Source: Thermodesulfobacteriota bacterium
Lineage (GTDB): Bacteria; Desulfobacterota; Desulfobacteria; Desulfobacterales; C00003060
Assembly (NCBI GenBank): GCA_034189385.1
Contig: JAXHVD010000005.1
Location: 96,001 to 160,000, forward strand
Length of the DNA stretch: 64,000 nucleotides
Direction of reading: 5' to 3'
Shown: positions 50,224 through 60,600 of the stretch, piece by piece
Numbering within the stretch: the first letter of the stretch is position 1
Layout of the letters: every line of letters starts with the position of its first letter
Translations under genes and position numbers: made by a program
Notes under the pieces: generated by a model
Seen by the model: the letters and a program-made list of their open reading frames with translations, nothing else
Told to the model about the DNA's origin: nothing
Databases searched by the model: none

Positions 50224-50607
50224 ATGACCGGGAATCTTTCAGCCACCTTCAACGAGGCGAACTATGTTCAACTGCTAAATCAGGTCAAGTCCCGCATCCG
50301 CCAGGCTCGTGTTCGTGCAGGTTTGGCCGCCAACAAGGAGTTGATTGCTCTTTACTGGGCTGTTGGGAAGTTGATTGTCAAGCGTCAGCGGTCGAAAGGA
50401 TGGGGATCTGCCGTCATTGAGCGGCCTTCCCGGGATATCCGGAAGGAGTTCCCAGACATTCAGGGCTTCTCACCGCGCAACATCTGCCGCAGCCTGCGGC
50501 AGATCTTGATGGTGAATATCTGCCCGAGGGGCACGATACTAATCGTGGCGACAGGTTGCCGCCATGATAGTCTGCGTATGTCGGCGTGCGTCTGTGGCGA
50601 AAAATAG
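50224..50607 (+). pseudogene. N-terminal fragment of DUF1016/YhcG-like protein
   Basis: AN.ELI.LYW.VG..I...Q...GWG..VI....DI...FP...GFS.RN, then similarity is lost. Confidence 0.75.
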
Positions 50608-50676
50608 AGGAAGCAAGAACTCGAAACCCGTGAACCCTTAACTCGAAACCAGTAATCTATCCAACGGAGACCAAGA

Positions 50677-51069
50677 ATGAAGAAGAGAGCGCTCTTAGTC
50701 TTTTTGCTGTTAGCGATGAATGCTGCTGGGGCATGGGGAGAGCAAGACAGCAGACCGCCAAGGGTGGTGAGCACCTTTCCTCAAAATGGAAGTATGGATG
50801 TTGATCCTTCTTTGCAGGAGATATCCGTCACCTTTAATGAAGAAATGCAAGATGGCAATTGGTCATGGGTTTATGAAGATAAGGATACGTTTCCTCAAAT
50901 AGTGGGCCAAGCGTTCTATGCCGAGGATATGAAGACCAATGTGCTTCCGGTAAAGCTGGAGCCCAATAAGGAGTATGTCATTTGGATCAATTCTGAGAAG
51001 TTTACCAACTTTAAAGACAAGAGCGGCAACTCGGCCTTTCCATTCAAATTCACGTTTAAGACGAAATAG
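50677..51069 (+). CDS. Secreted Ig-like domain protein
   Basis: Signal peptide; PP.VVST.P.NG..DV, I.VTFNE.M, L.P...Y, D..GN, F.F.T. Confidence 0.8.
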   Translation: MKKRALLVFLLLAMNAAGAWGEQDSRPPRVVSTFPQNGSMDVDPSLQEISVTFNEEMQDGNWSWVYEDKDTFPQIVGQAFYAEDMKTNVLPVKLEPNKEYVIWINSEKFTNFKDKSGNSAFPFKFTFKTK

Positions 51070-51251
51070 CATCTGATTATTCGCTGGAGCCAAAAGGGAA
51101 AGGGAATCCGTCAACTCCTTCAAATCATGGCAGAAAGTAATAAGAGTTAACCGTAGACTCCAAAGGCGATAATATAGTCCGTTTGAACGAAATGCCCATC
51201 TAGAACTGGACGTCTGACAATCGGCTGAAGGGCCGTTTGGGATACCTAGCC

Positions 51252-52088
51252 ATGAAGCTGGATGAAATCGGGGTTTGGTCTGAAATCAAATTGGACATTA
51301 TAAGAGAGTATGCAGATGCTTTCACGAAGATAATGAGAAAGCAGGATTGGTGTAGAGGATATGCCTACGTCGATGGGTTTGCCGGCGCCGGCATCCATAT
51401 CTCCAGAAGAACCGGTCAGTTCATTCCTGGGTCTCCCCTGAACGCCCTTGAACTTGAGAATCCTTTCACGGAATATCACTTCATCGATATCGATAAGGTG
51501 AAGGCAGAAGCCCTCGAGATTCTCAGCCGGGAAAAACCGAACATAAAGATTTATCCAGAAGACTGCAACTCTGCATTGTCCAAAGAAATCTTTCCATCTC
51601 TCCGGTATGAAACCAGAAAGAGGGCCTTATGCATCTTGGACCCATATGGTTTACATCTGAATTGGGAAACCATTATGGATGCAGCTAAGCTGCGGACGAC
51701 GGAGATCTTCTTGAACTTTCCCGTTATGGACATGAATCGGAATGTCTTGCACAAGGATTTGCTGTCGGCGGACCCTGACCAAATAGAGCGGATGAACCGG
51801 TTCTGTGGGAGCGAAGAATGGCAGGACATGCTATATGAAGAAGACAAGCAGCTGGGTCTCTTCGGGGATACGTATCGAATCAAGGTTGTTGACAGTAATA
51901 TTAAGCTTGGGCTTTGGTTCAGCAGAGAAAGGCTACAGAAGGCAGCAGGATTCAAATTTGTTCCTGAGCCCGTGCTCATGAGAAACAGTAAGGGCGGCCC
52001 TCTATTCTTCTTGTTCTTTGCCTCACACAACGAAACAGGCAAAAACATCGTGACTGACATCTTTAACAAATACAGGAAATACTTGTGA
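51252..52088 (+). CDS. tcmP: TcmP-like (three-Cys-motif partner) methyltransferase-fold protein
   Basis: G.WS..KL..I..Y..AF, YVDGFAG.G, GSP..AL, ILDPYG, EIFLNF. Confidence 0.85.
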   Translation: MKLDEIGVWSEIKLDIIREYADAFTKIMRKQDWCRGYAYVDGFAGAGIHISRRTGQFIPGSPLNALELENPFTEYHFIDIDKVKAEALEILSREKPNIKIYPEDCNSALSKEIFPSLRYETRKRALCILDPYGLHLNWETIMDAAKLRTTEIFLNFPVMDMNRNVLHKDLLSADPDQIERMNRFCGSEEWQDMLYEEDKQLGLFGDTYRIKVVDSNIKLGLWFSRERLQKAAGFKFVPEPVLMRNSKGGPLFFLFFASHNETGKNIVTDIFNKYRKYL

Positions 52089-53239
52089 TGCCTATTCTAA
52101 AGGAGTATGCCGCTGAAGAGATGGAACTCGCGGATCGAATACAAGAAGAAAGCGTGGCATACGCTCAACAAGACACGAATGAGCCCCTTGTCAGAGAGTT
52201 GCGGGTGAGCCGTGGAACAACGAATGAGGCTCGGGCGAAGAAGATGGCCAAACGTGCCGGATTGCCTTTGATTTGGGTGGACGGAGTCCCAGGGTCCAAC
52301 GGCGAAAACGGTATAGAGAAGCTTTCTGCTGAGAGGGGCGTCTTGCTGCTAAGGGACAGAAAGAGTCGCTTCATTGAGCAGTTTCAGCATCCCATTGGCC
52401 GATGTGCCAAGTTCTACAAATTGACAGCCTACAACAACTGCAATTTCTGGTGCGAATATTGTTATCTTTATTTGACCTTCCGCACCCAGCCTGTCTCCAC
52501 TCATTTCATAAACTATGAAAAAATGTATGACGAGATCGTGAAATTTGACAAATCTCGCGTACCGAGGGCCTTAAGAGTCCTAAACCTTGGTGAACTCGGT
52601 GATCCTTTAGCCGTAGACTACATTACCGGGTTTGCCAAACAAGTTATTCCCTTCGTGCCTAAACACGCCCCACGGACCAAACTTTTGTTTCTGACCAAAA
52701 GTGACTGTGTGGATGAGATTTTGGAGCTGAACCATGGGGGGCAATCCATTGTGTCGTTCAGTGTCAATACGGAGAAGGTATTTGAGCAGTTGGAGCACAG
52801 AACAGCCTCTCCTGAATCCCGTTTAGCGGCAGCACAAAAGGTCCAAGAAGCGGGCTACGAGGTTCGTTTGAGGATAGACCCGGTTATTCTCTATTCTACC
52901 TGGGAGAAGGATTACATATCGCTGGTCGATAGGATTTTTGAATTTGTTGAGCCGACCAGGATAACCATAGGTGAGTATAGACCGTCCAATGGGCTCGCCA
53001 ACCACATCAGCTCCCGTTTTCCAGATTCTCCTCTGCTTCGGGTCAACAAAAGCCTGGTCAAGGAGGGGGCAAAACTGAGGTACCCTAAAACGCAGAGGAT
53101 AAAGATGTTCAGGACCATCATTAAAGCCATAAAAAAATATAAAGCCGACATAGATATTGCCCTGTGCAAGGAGCAGCCACACATATGGAAGGCCGTGGGC
53201 CTAGATGCGAGGGGTCTGTTCTGTAACTGCGTCGCTTAA
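52088..53239 (+). CDS. Spore photoproduct lyase-like radical SAM protein
   Basis: CNFWCEYCYL, GELGD.L, LTKS, SFSVN, E..T.S...RL.AA, RIDPVI; C-terminal CKE...CNC. Confidence 0.85.
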   Translation: MPILKEYAAEEMELADRIQEESVAYAQQDTNEPLVRELRVSRGTTNEARAKKMAKRAGLPLIWVDGVPGSNGENGIEKLSAERGVLLLRDRKSRFIEQFQHPIGRCAKFYKLTAYNNCNFWCEYCYLYLTFRTQPVSTHFINYEKMYDEIVKFDKSRVPRALRVLNLGELGDPLAVDYITGFAKQVIPFVPKHAPRTKLLFLTKSDCVDEILELNHGGQSIVSFSVNTEKVFEQLEHRTASPESRLAAAQKVQEAGYEVRLRIDPVILYSTWEKDYISLVDRIFEFVEPTRITIGEYRPSNGLANHISSRFPDSPLLRVNKSLVKEGAKLRYPKTQRIKMFRTIIKAIKKYKADIDIALCKEQPHIWKAVGLDARGLFCNCVA

Positions 53240-53353
53240 ATGGCTGGACAGAATCTGTGGTTTGAAGCCTCTCAGAAGACATATAGGAGTGGTATTAGGG
53301 TGAAGGAAGCGCGTTTCATGGAAAAGAGGCACGAAGAAGAAAGGGTGAGGCCG

Positions 53354-53398
53354 CCAGGGTTTGGGCCAAAGTTAATGTGGAAAAGTAAAGGGTGTCCT
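53354..53398 (+). repeat. Junction motif copy 2
   Basis: 41/44 identical to 48095-48138. Confidence 0.85.
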
Positions 53399-53431
53399 GA
53401 AAGTCTCCCTGTGAAGGGCGTCCCGAAAGTC

Positions 53432-53470
53432 CTCGCTACACTCGGCGGCCCCTGAACTCCAAAGTTCGGG
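53432..53470 (+). other. Partial attC-like site (3' half)
   Basis: TCGCTACACTCGGCGGCCCCTGAACTCCAAA-GTTCGGG, 10 nt before the next ATG. Confidence 0.55.
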
Positions 53471-53480
53471 ATCAATAGAA

Positions 53481-54344
53481 ATGAATGGATACGACTACAT
53501 CTTGTCAAAGCAAACGGCATGGGCGGCCAATTTTGGCCTTACCCTGGTTGGAAGCAAAGGAAGGCGCGGATGCCCTGCTTACACTCGTAAATTGGATCAG
53601 AACCTCTTTCAACCACTTTTGCCGGATGTTCGGAAGTCATTTGCCGCTGGGGATGGTGGCGAACTCGGTTCAACGGGGTTTCCCGGCAAGATGCAGGCTG
53701 TCCATTCCTCCTCGGCGCTTGGAATCAATGTTTTTCAATACTGGAAATCGATAAACGCAGTCCCGGTAATTGCAGCCCAATGTGGCCTCTGCCGTGTGGG
53801 GTCGCAGGTGCCAAGTGACATACATTTTGAGGAGAAGTATCCTGTCAACGACAAATTTGGTTATCACCCGAACATCGACGTAGTGATCCACAACGCACCA
53901 TCGGCAAAAATCAAGAGGTTCGCAATCGAATGCAAGTTTTCTGAAGCATACGGTGCTCACAATCATGGCGGACTCAAGGCAAAGTACCTCAACCTTGATG
54001 ATATCTGGGAAGGCATTCCCAATTTGCTGGACTTTGCAAGGCATATATCACCCGATGACCATGAATTTGTTCAGCTGCACCCAGCCCAACTTGTGAAGCA
54101 TATCCTTGGTCTAAAGCGGCAGTTCGGAAAGGCTGGCTTCCGTCTGCTGTACCTTTGGTACGATGTCCTCGGCGACCAAGGGAAGCGGCATCGGGATGAG
54201 GTTTTGAAGTTTGCCGAAGTTACTAAAACCGATGGCATCAAATTTCACTCGCTCACCTATCAGGAATTGATTTCTAATTTGGCAAAAAAATTGAGAACGG
54301 AACACCCAGATTATATACGGTATCTTACCGCGCGATACTTGTAA
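53481..54344 (+). CDS. PD-(D/E)XK restriction-endonuclease-like protein
   Basis: HSSSAL..N.F, FE.K, PNIDV....AIECKF.E, QL.KH. Confidence 0.75.
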   Translation: MNGYDYILSKQTAWAANFGLTLVGSKGRRGCPAYTRKLDQNLFQPLLPDVRKSFAAGDGGELGSTGFPGKMQAVHSSSALGINVFQYWKSINAVPVIAAQCGLCRVGSQVPSDIHFEEKYPVNDKFGYHPNIDVVIHNAPSAKIKRFAIECKFSEAYGAHNHGGLKAKYLNLDDIWEGIPNLLDFARHISPDDHEFVQLHPAQLVKHILGLKRQFGKAGFRLLYLWYDVLGDQGKRHRDEVLKFAEVTKTDGIKFHSLTYQELISNLAKKLRTEHPDYIRYLTARYL

Positions 54345-54371
54345 GAAGAATGGTTTGTCTTACCTGGGAAT

Positions 54372-54442
54372 TCACAACCACACCTTGTACTTCACGGCTA
54401 TCCCGCTGGGGTCCATAGCCGCAAGTGAAGGCCACATTGACT
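54372..54442 (+). other. attC-like site
   Basis: TCACAAC-5 bp-stem CTTgTACTTCaCGGCTAT / ATAGCCGCAAGTGAAG with two unpaired bases-5 bp-ATTGACT. Confidence 0.7.
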
Positions 54443-54468
54443 CGACACGATAACGAAAGGAGTGTGCT

Positions 54469-56277
54469 GTGTTCCTTACGAAACTTCGAGTCGTGAACTT
54501 CCGCTCGATTCGGGACACCTCGACCTTACCAGTATCACGGCTTCTATCCCTGATCGGAGAGAATAATTCCGGGAAGTCAAACATCATGGCGGCTGTGCAA
54601 TTGCTCATGAGTGCCGGCAAAGGCGGCATTGGTAAGGGCGACTTCAATGATCCTGGGGTGCCCATCACTATAACTGGAACCTTCTCCGAGTTGACTAACG
54701 GAGAGAAGCAACGCTGGCAGAAGTACCTCGTTGGCGGTGAACTAATCCTTGAGAAAAGGCTGACAATTGAGACAGATTCGAACACAGGCAAAGAAAAGGT
54801 GTCTGGAGAGTTTCATGGGTACACTGCAGAGCCTAAAGAGTGGTTTCTATCACCTGCGAAGATAGAAGAGAAGGAGGGCGCTCGACCGAAGTGGGTGGAC
54901 ATCGTGCAAGCCAATGGCTTGCCAGACTACTTCCTGAAAGACGGCAAATGCAACAAGTCACAGTTCATCAGCTCTCTAAAACGATACCTTACAGAGAATT
55001 CCGTTGAATACGAGGAGCCAGATCTCAGCGTGACACAGGCTCTCGGACTGGAGAGTAACGTCATTGCCTCTCTGCCTACGGTGCACTTCCTCCGCGCCAT
55101 CACGGACTACAGCGACGAAATTGATAAGCGATCGTCTACGACTACTTTCCGTCGCCTCATGGGCGATCTCTCGGAGCGGATTCTTAAAAATGATCCGGAC
55201 TACGGCAAGATTGAGGAGGCACTTCGGCAGATCCGTTCTCTGCTCAATGCCCCTGGAGACGATGCGGGCTCACCACGGCTCAAGGCGCTTTCGACCATTG
55301 AGACTAAGATAACCGAATTACTCAAAAAACTGATGCCATCCGTAATGTGCATTTCGATGTCAGTAGATGTCGACGATATAAAGGACATGTTCTCTGGAGG
55401 GATTTCTCTCGCGGTCAATGACGGAATTGAGACTGATGTGTTGGCGAAAGGCCACGGTTTGCAGCGATGCATAGTTTTTACGCTTCTCCAGACGCTGATC
55501 ATGAACGAACGCGAGCAGCTTGTTCCTGGTGCTGAACAGCCACCGGATACATCGAGTATCATATTAGCTATCGAAGAGCCAGAGCTATACATCCATCCAC
55601 AGCTTGCGAAGCTTTTCTACGATGTCATGAAGGAGTTTTCTGTTTCAGATCAAGTCATCTATGCAACCCATTCGCCTCTTTTTGTTGATGCTTTTGAGCA
55701 CGACAGTATTGCCATTGTAACAAAACCTTCGATTGAGACGGGAACTGTTGTCACGACGTGCGATTCTACAGCTTTCGATGGCCTGGATGACCGCAAGGTT
55801 TTCAAGGGCCTCACCAGACTCAATCCAGCAGTCAACGAGATGTTCTTCGCCAAGCGGGTCCTTCTAGTAGAAGGACCAGAGGACCAAATCGCAGTGAGCG
55901 CCTATCTCCTGAACGAAGGAAGGATCCAGAACCGAATCGAGGAACTGGACTGGTCAATCATTGTGGCAGGGGGCAAGGCTGCGATTCCGTTCTTCCAGCG
56001 CGTGCTTAACGCGTTTGCCATCCCATACGTAGTGCTCCATGATCTGGACATTAATCCTGATATGAATGCTAACGACGTCGGAACGCACAAGAAGACCAAC
56101 CAAACCATTGCCCAGCTTGCCGGCGCAAATCGTGTGGTAACGTTTCCGGTCAAACTTGAGAGATCTCTCGGCATAGAGGGCCATCTGCGGGACCAGTATC
56201 GGGCACATCAGTTCTTTCAGCCCGCTGAGAATATGACTGAAGAATTCCGCAACGTGGTAGCGTCGGTATTTGAATAA
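54469..56277 (+). CDS. OLD-family ATP-dependent nuclease (ABC ATPase plus TOPRIM)
   Basis: GENNSGKS, IEEPELYIHPQ, ATHSP, LLVEG.ED, HDLD. Confidence 0.92.
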   Translation: MFLTKLRVVNFRSIRDTSTLPVSRLLSLIGENNSGKSNIMAAVQLLMSAGKGGIGKGDFNDPGVPITITGTFSELTNGEKQRWQKYLVGGELILEKRLTIETDSNTGKEKVSGEFHGYTAEPKEWFLSPAKIEEKEGARPKWVDIVQANGLPDYFLKDGKCNKSQFISSLKRYLTENSVEYEEPDLSVTQALGLESNVIASLPTVHFLRAITDYSDEIDKRSSTTTFRRLMGDLSERILKNDPDYGKIEEALRQIRSLLNAPGDDAGSPRLKALSTIETKITELLKKLMPSVMCISMSVDVDDIKDMFSGGISLAVNDGIETDVLAKGHGLQRCIVFTLLQTLIMNEREQLVPGAEQPPDTSSIILAIEEPELYIHPQLAKLFYDVMKEFSVSDQVIYATHSPLFVDAFEHDSIAIVTKPSIETGTVVTTCDSTAFDGLDDRKVFKGLTRLNPAVNEMFFAKRVLLVEGPEDQIAVSAYLLNEGRIQNRIEELDWSIIVAGGKAAIPFFQRVLNAFAIPYVVLHDLDINPDMNANDVGTHKKTNQTIAQLAGANRVVTFPVKLERSLGIEGHLRDQYRAHQFFQPAENMTEEFRNVVASVFE

Positions 56278-56282
56278 CAGGA

Positions 56283-56343
56283 GGCCAACAAGCCGGATGC
56301 AGGCGACGGGAAAAAGCCGCGTCCCTGATTAGAATAGTAGGAC
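56283..56343 (+). other. Degenerate attC-like site
   Basis: GGCCAAC 5 nt after the stop, imperfect stem ATGCAGGCGACGG / CCGCGTCCCTGAT, eroded end GTAGGAC. Confidence 0.55.
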
Positions 56344-56371
56344 ATCTTTATTTTCAAACGGTGAAGTGACC

Positions 56372-57637
56372 ATGTTCAAATTCATTCACGCAGCCGATGC
56401 GCATTTGGACAGCCCGTTGCGGGGTCTGTCTCGTTATGAATCTGCGCCTGCGGAAGCCATTCGTGATGCGTGCCGCAGGGCTTTCGAGAATCTCGTAGAT
56501 CTGGCCATTGAAGAGAAAGTCTCGTTTGTCTTGTTGGCCGGGGATCTTTATGACGGTGACTGGAAGGATTACAGTACCGGCATATTCCTTAGCCGGCAGA
56601 TGGGCCGACTGGGCCGGCACGATATTTCGGTTTTTGCTGTTGCTGGAAACCACGATGCCGCCAATCGCATGACTAAAGCCCTTGATAGTCCCGCCAACAT
56701 GAAGTTCTTGTCGTCCCGGAAAGTTGAAAAAGTGAGGTTGGATGCGTTGGGCGTAGTGATTCATGGGCGGAGTTTTGGCACACAGCACGTCGAGGAAAAC
56801 CTCGCGGCAGGCTTTGGTGCCGGCGACAAAGGCATGTTCAACATTGGTCTGTTGCACACCAGCTTGGATGGCCGAGAAGGCCATGAGGTGTATGCTCCTT
56901 GTACGGAAGATGATCTGCGTTCAAAAGGCTACCAATACTGGGCGTTGGGGCATGTGCACAAGCAGGAATTTGTTTCCGAAGACCCGTGGATCGTGTTCCC
57001 CGGCTGTATTCAGGGCCGTCATATTCGAGAAACCGGTGCCAAAGGGTGTGTACTCGTCACCGTGGAAGACGGTGCTGTGATTGCAGTGGACAGGTGCCCG
57101 TTGGATGTGTTGCGTTGGGTTGCGTGCAGTGTGGATCTGACAGATGCCAATGACATGCGAGACGTCCTTGAACGCGCTCGGAAATCGATTGAAAACGAAA
57201 GGACATCAGCTGCCGGACGACCCATAGCCATGCGCATCCGCTTTGAAGGGGCTGCGCCCATATCCGATGATCTGGCAGCGTATCCAGAACGATTTGAGCA
57301 ACAGATCAGGGCGCTTGGCGCGGAAATCGCCGGGGATGATTTGTGGATAGAGAGAGTGGAAAATGCGGCTGTAGGCAAACTCGATTTGGAATCCACGTTG
57401 TCCGATGACAGCGCATTCGGAAAGCTCCTGAAGAACATACTGGCCACACCGGAAAATCCAGATGAGATAGAAGGCCTTGAAGACGTGATTGGCGATCTCA
57501 GGCAGAAGATGCCGGTAGAGGCCTTTGGGGCGGACTCGGTCCTCAATCTTGATGAACATCAAACTGTCGTGCGTTTGGTTGAAGAGGCCAAGCATATGTT
57601 GGTTGGAAGGTTGTTGCGGGCGGGAGGGGCCAAATGA
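56372..57637 (+). CDS. SbcD/Mre11-like (YhaO-type) metallophosphoesterase nuclease
   Basis: HAADAHLD, AGDLYD, GNHD, LLH, YWALGHVH, PG..QGR. Confidence 0.93.
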   Translation: MFKFIHAADAHLDSPLRGLSRYESAPAEAIRDACRRAFENLVDLAIEEKVSFVLLAGDLYDGDWKDYSTGIFLSRQMGRLGRHDISVFAVAGNHDAANRMTKALDSPANMKFLSSRKVEKVRLDALGVVIHGRSFGTQHVEENLAAGFGAGDKGMFNIGLLHTSLDGREGHEVYAPCTEDDLRSKGYQYWALGHVHKQEFVSEDPWIVFPGCIQGRHIRETGAKGCVLVTVEDGAVIAVDRCPLDVLRWVACSVDLTDANDMRDVLERARKSIENERTSAAGRPIAMRIRFEGAAPISDDLAAYPERFEQQIRALGAEIAGDDLWIERVENAAVGKLDLESTLSDDSAFGKLLKNILATPENPDEIEGLEDVIGDLRQKMPVEAFGADSVLNLDEHQTVVRLVEEAKHMLVGRLLRAGGAK

Positions 57638-60600
57638 GAATCGACCGCCTTGATTTGATTGCCTACGGCCCCTTCACAAATAAGTCATTGGATCTATCAG
57701 AAGGCGCTTCAGGACTTCACTTAATATACGGAGACAATGAAGCGGGGAAGAGTACCTCATTGAGGGCTCTCATCGCATGGTTGTTTGGCATTCCAGCCCG
57801 TACCAGCGACAATTTCCTTTTCAAAAATCCGCAACTGCGAATCGGCGGAAAACTCAGGCTTTCAGGCGGCAAAGAAATAGAATTCGTACGCAGGAAGGGA
57901 ACAAAAGGCACGTTGTTGGACCCTCGCACCGATGCTGCCCTGGACGATTCGGTCTTGTTGCCGTTCTTACCGGGTGGCATCGATGAAAATCTCTTCAAGA
58001 CATTGTATGGCATAGACCATGGCAGATTGGTAGCCGGCGGCCAGGAGCTGTTGAGCCAATCAGGTGATCTTGGTCAGGCACTCTTCAGCGCAGCGGTAGG
58101 GACTGCCGGTCTCCGGGAAATATTGTCCGATTTGCAAAATGGTGCTGAGGAACTTTTCAAGCCCAAGGCTTCTACGAAATTGGTGAACCGGGCCATATCC
58201 AGTTTGAAAGAAGCAAAAAAGCGGATCAAGGATGCGACTCTTCCTGTTGCAGAATGGAAAAGACTGCAAAAAGAACTTGCCGATACCATTTCCGCCATTC
58301 AACGCGTTGAGGAAGAAATCAATGAGAAAGGCAAAGAAAAGAGCCGATTGGACAGACTCAATCGCGTAAAGGGAGCCTTGGCTGAGCGCCGTGCCGTCAT
58401 GGCTCGTATTGAACAATTGGGAGACATATTGCTTCTCCCGGAGGACTTTCTCGACAAACGCAAAACCGCCAGTAACACTCTGCAAAGTGCCATGGAAGCC
58501 AAGGAAAGAGCTGAAGCCAAGCTCTCCCGCCTAAAAGAAGAATCACAAAATTTGAATGTCCGCAACGAATTGCTGGAAAACGAAGAGGCCATTCTGGCCC
58601 TTTACAAAGACCTGGGAGCCGTCGAAAAAGCGACCAAAGATCGGCCACAGCAAGATGGAAAACGGCGCGAGTTGCGCAACGACGCAGAGCGATTGCTGAA
58701 AGGGGTCCGTCCCGATGTCGGTATCGATGATTCCGACCAGCTGCGGCTGCTGATCAACAACAAGAAGTGGATTTCCGGTTTGGCCCAGAAGCACAGCCTC
58801 CTTAATCAAAAGAAAAAAAAGGCCGAGGCCACACTGCGCGATATCAAAGACGAACGAGCGGCAATCAAGAAGAAACTGGGGGAACAGGCGCAATCGCATC
58901 TAGACTTGAACGAACTCAAGGCGGCGGTGACAGCCGCCCGCAAGGCCGGGAACCTGGAGCAGCGATTGGCCGAAGCACAAAAACGCGCCCTAGATGAGAA
59001 TGGGGCCTATGAGCGTGAGTTTTCCAGGCTTGGAAGATTCTCCGGAACCATGAAAAGGCTTTTGGAAGTTGCCATGCCCGTGTCAGAAACCCTGGACGCA
59101 TTTGAGAGGCGGTTTGACAAATTGGCCCAAAAAATCAGGGACTTTGGCCGCAGGCAAAAGGAACTGGAAAAAGAGCAGAAACAGACAGAACAGGACTTAA
59201 AAGCGCTGTTGTTGACAAGTGATGTGCCCAACATTTCAGAGCTTGAAGAATCGCGCTCGGTTCGAAACTCTGGATGGAACCTTATCAAACAAAAGTACAT
59301 ACAGGAACTGGATGTGGAAGAGGAGATCGAGGCGTTTGTGTCGGATTCCGACCTGCCGACATTATATGAACAAAAAGTCGAGGCTGCAGATCACGTATCG
59401 GATCGACTTCGGCTTGCCGCAGACCAGGTAGTGAAACGGGCGGATCTGGAGGCAAAGACTTCAAGCCTGAAATCCCGTCACCACGACATGACCGAAGAAG
59501 TCAGAAAAGCGAATGAGGCCAAGGAAGCAAACGAGAAGGGCTGGAGCAGTATTTGGGCGCCATTGGGGATAGACCCCGGAACGCCAAGGGAGATGAAACA
59601 ATGGCTTCTCAGAGTGGATAAGCTTCTGGCAAACGTTCAGGCAGCCAATACTGTTTCCGGGGATGCAAAGAAACTGACCGAGGATTGTAAGGACCTGAAG
59701 GCATCTGTTTCCTTGCAGATATCAAAATTCGATGAATCCATAGACCTCCAAGAGATGAGCCTTGAGGCCATGATTAGCCTTTGCGAGCAGCGAATCGAGC
59801 TGGAAGAAGCGGTTCTCGAACGGAAACGCCAATTAGAACATTCGCTGGACAATGCAGAAAAACGTATCCAAAGAGCCCATGAAGAGCTCACCTCCATCGA
59901 GAACGATCGCGCCAGCTGGGCCGGAGAATGGCGTCAGGCCATCGAGGGCCTGGGGCTGAAACCTGAAGTCCATCCGGAGCAAGCAACCGAGGCATTTGAT
60001 CAGCTATTGGCGTTTTTTGACAAATTCGACAAATCAGAAGAGCTGCGCAGGCGCATTTACGGAATGGACCGGGACGCAAAGGAATTTGAGAAAAAAGTGT
60101 TCGCATTCGCCGACAGTGTTGGCTTTAAAAGAGACGGCCAGGAGGCGAACACGATTGCAGCTCAATTGAACCGTGACCTCAGTGAATCTCGGGAAGCACG
60201 GGCGAGCCTCAAAAAAATAGAGACCCAGAAAAAAGAGATAAAGGAAGAGATCGAAGAGGCTGACATAACGATTCGAACGGCCCTGGACCAGCTTGCTTCA
60301 TTGCGGGACCAGGCTAATGTGGAAACAGACGATGCGCTGGAATCGGCCGGCGAGAATTCTCGAAAAATGCGTGAACTGAAGCAGAAGATCGAAACACTTG
60401 AACAAGAACTTTCACGCAATGGAGATGGTTTGAGTATCCAAGAACTGGAGCAAGAAGCTGGCGAGGCGGATGTGGATGCCATCGAGGGTGAACTGGAAAG
60501 GGTTTCCTCCGAACTCAAAGAAATCCAGGAAAAGCGAGACATCCTTCGGGACCAACGCCAAACGCTTCAAAACGAGATACAGACAAAGGATGGCAGTGCC

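Noticed and set aside
49608..50420. ORFs 49608-49883 and 49905-50420
   Set aside because: No motifs or SD, and the second runs through a non-coding repeat.
54469..56277. Gabija system
   Set aside because: No UvrD-like GajB next to the OLD nuclease.
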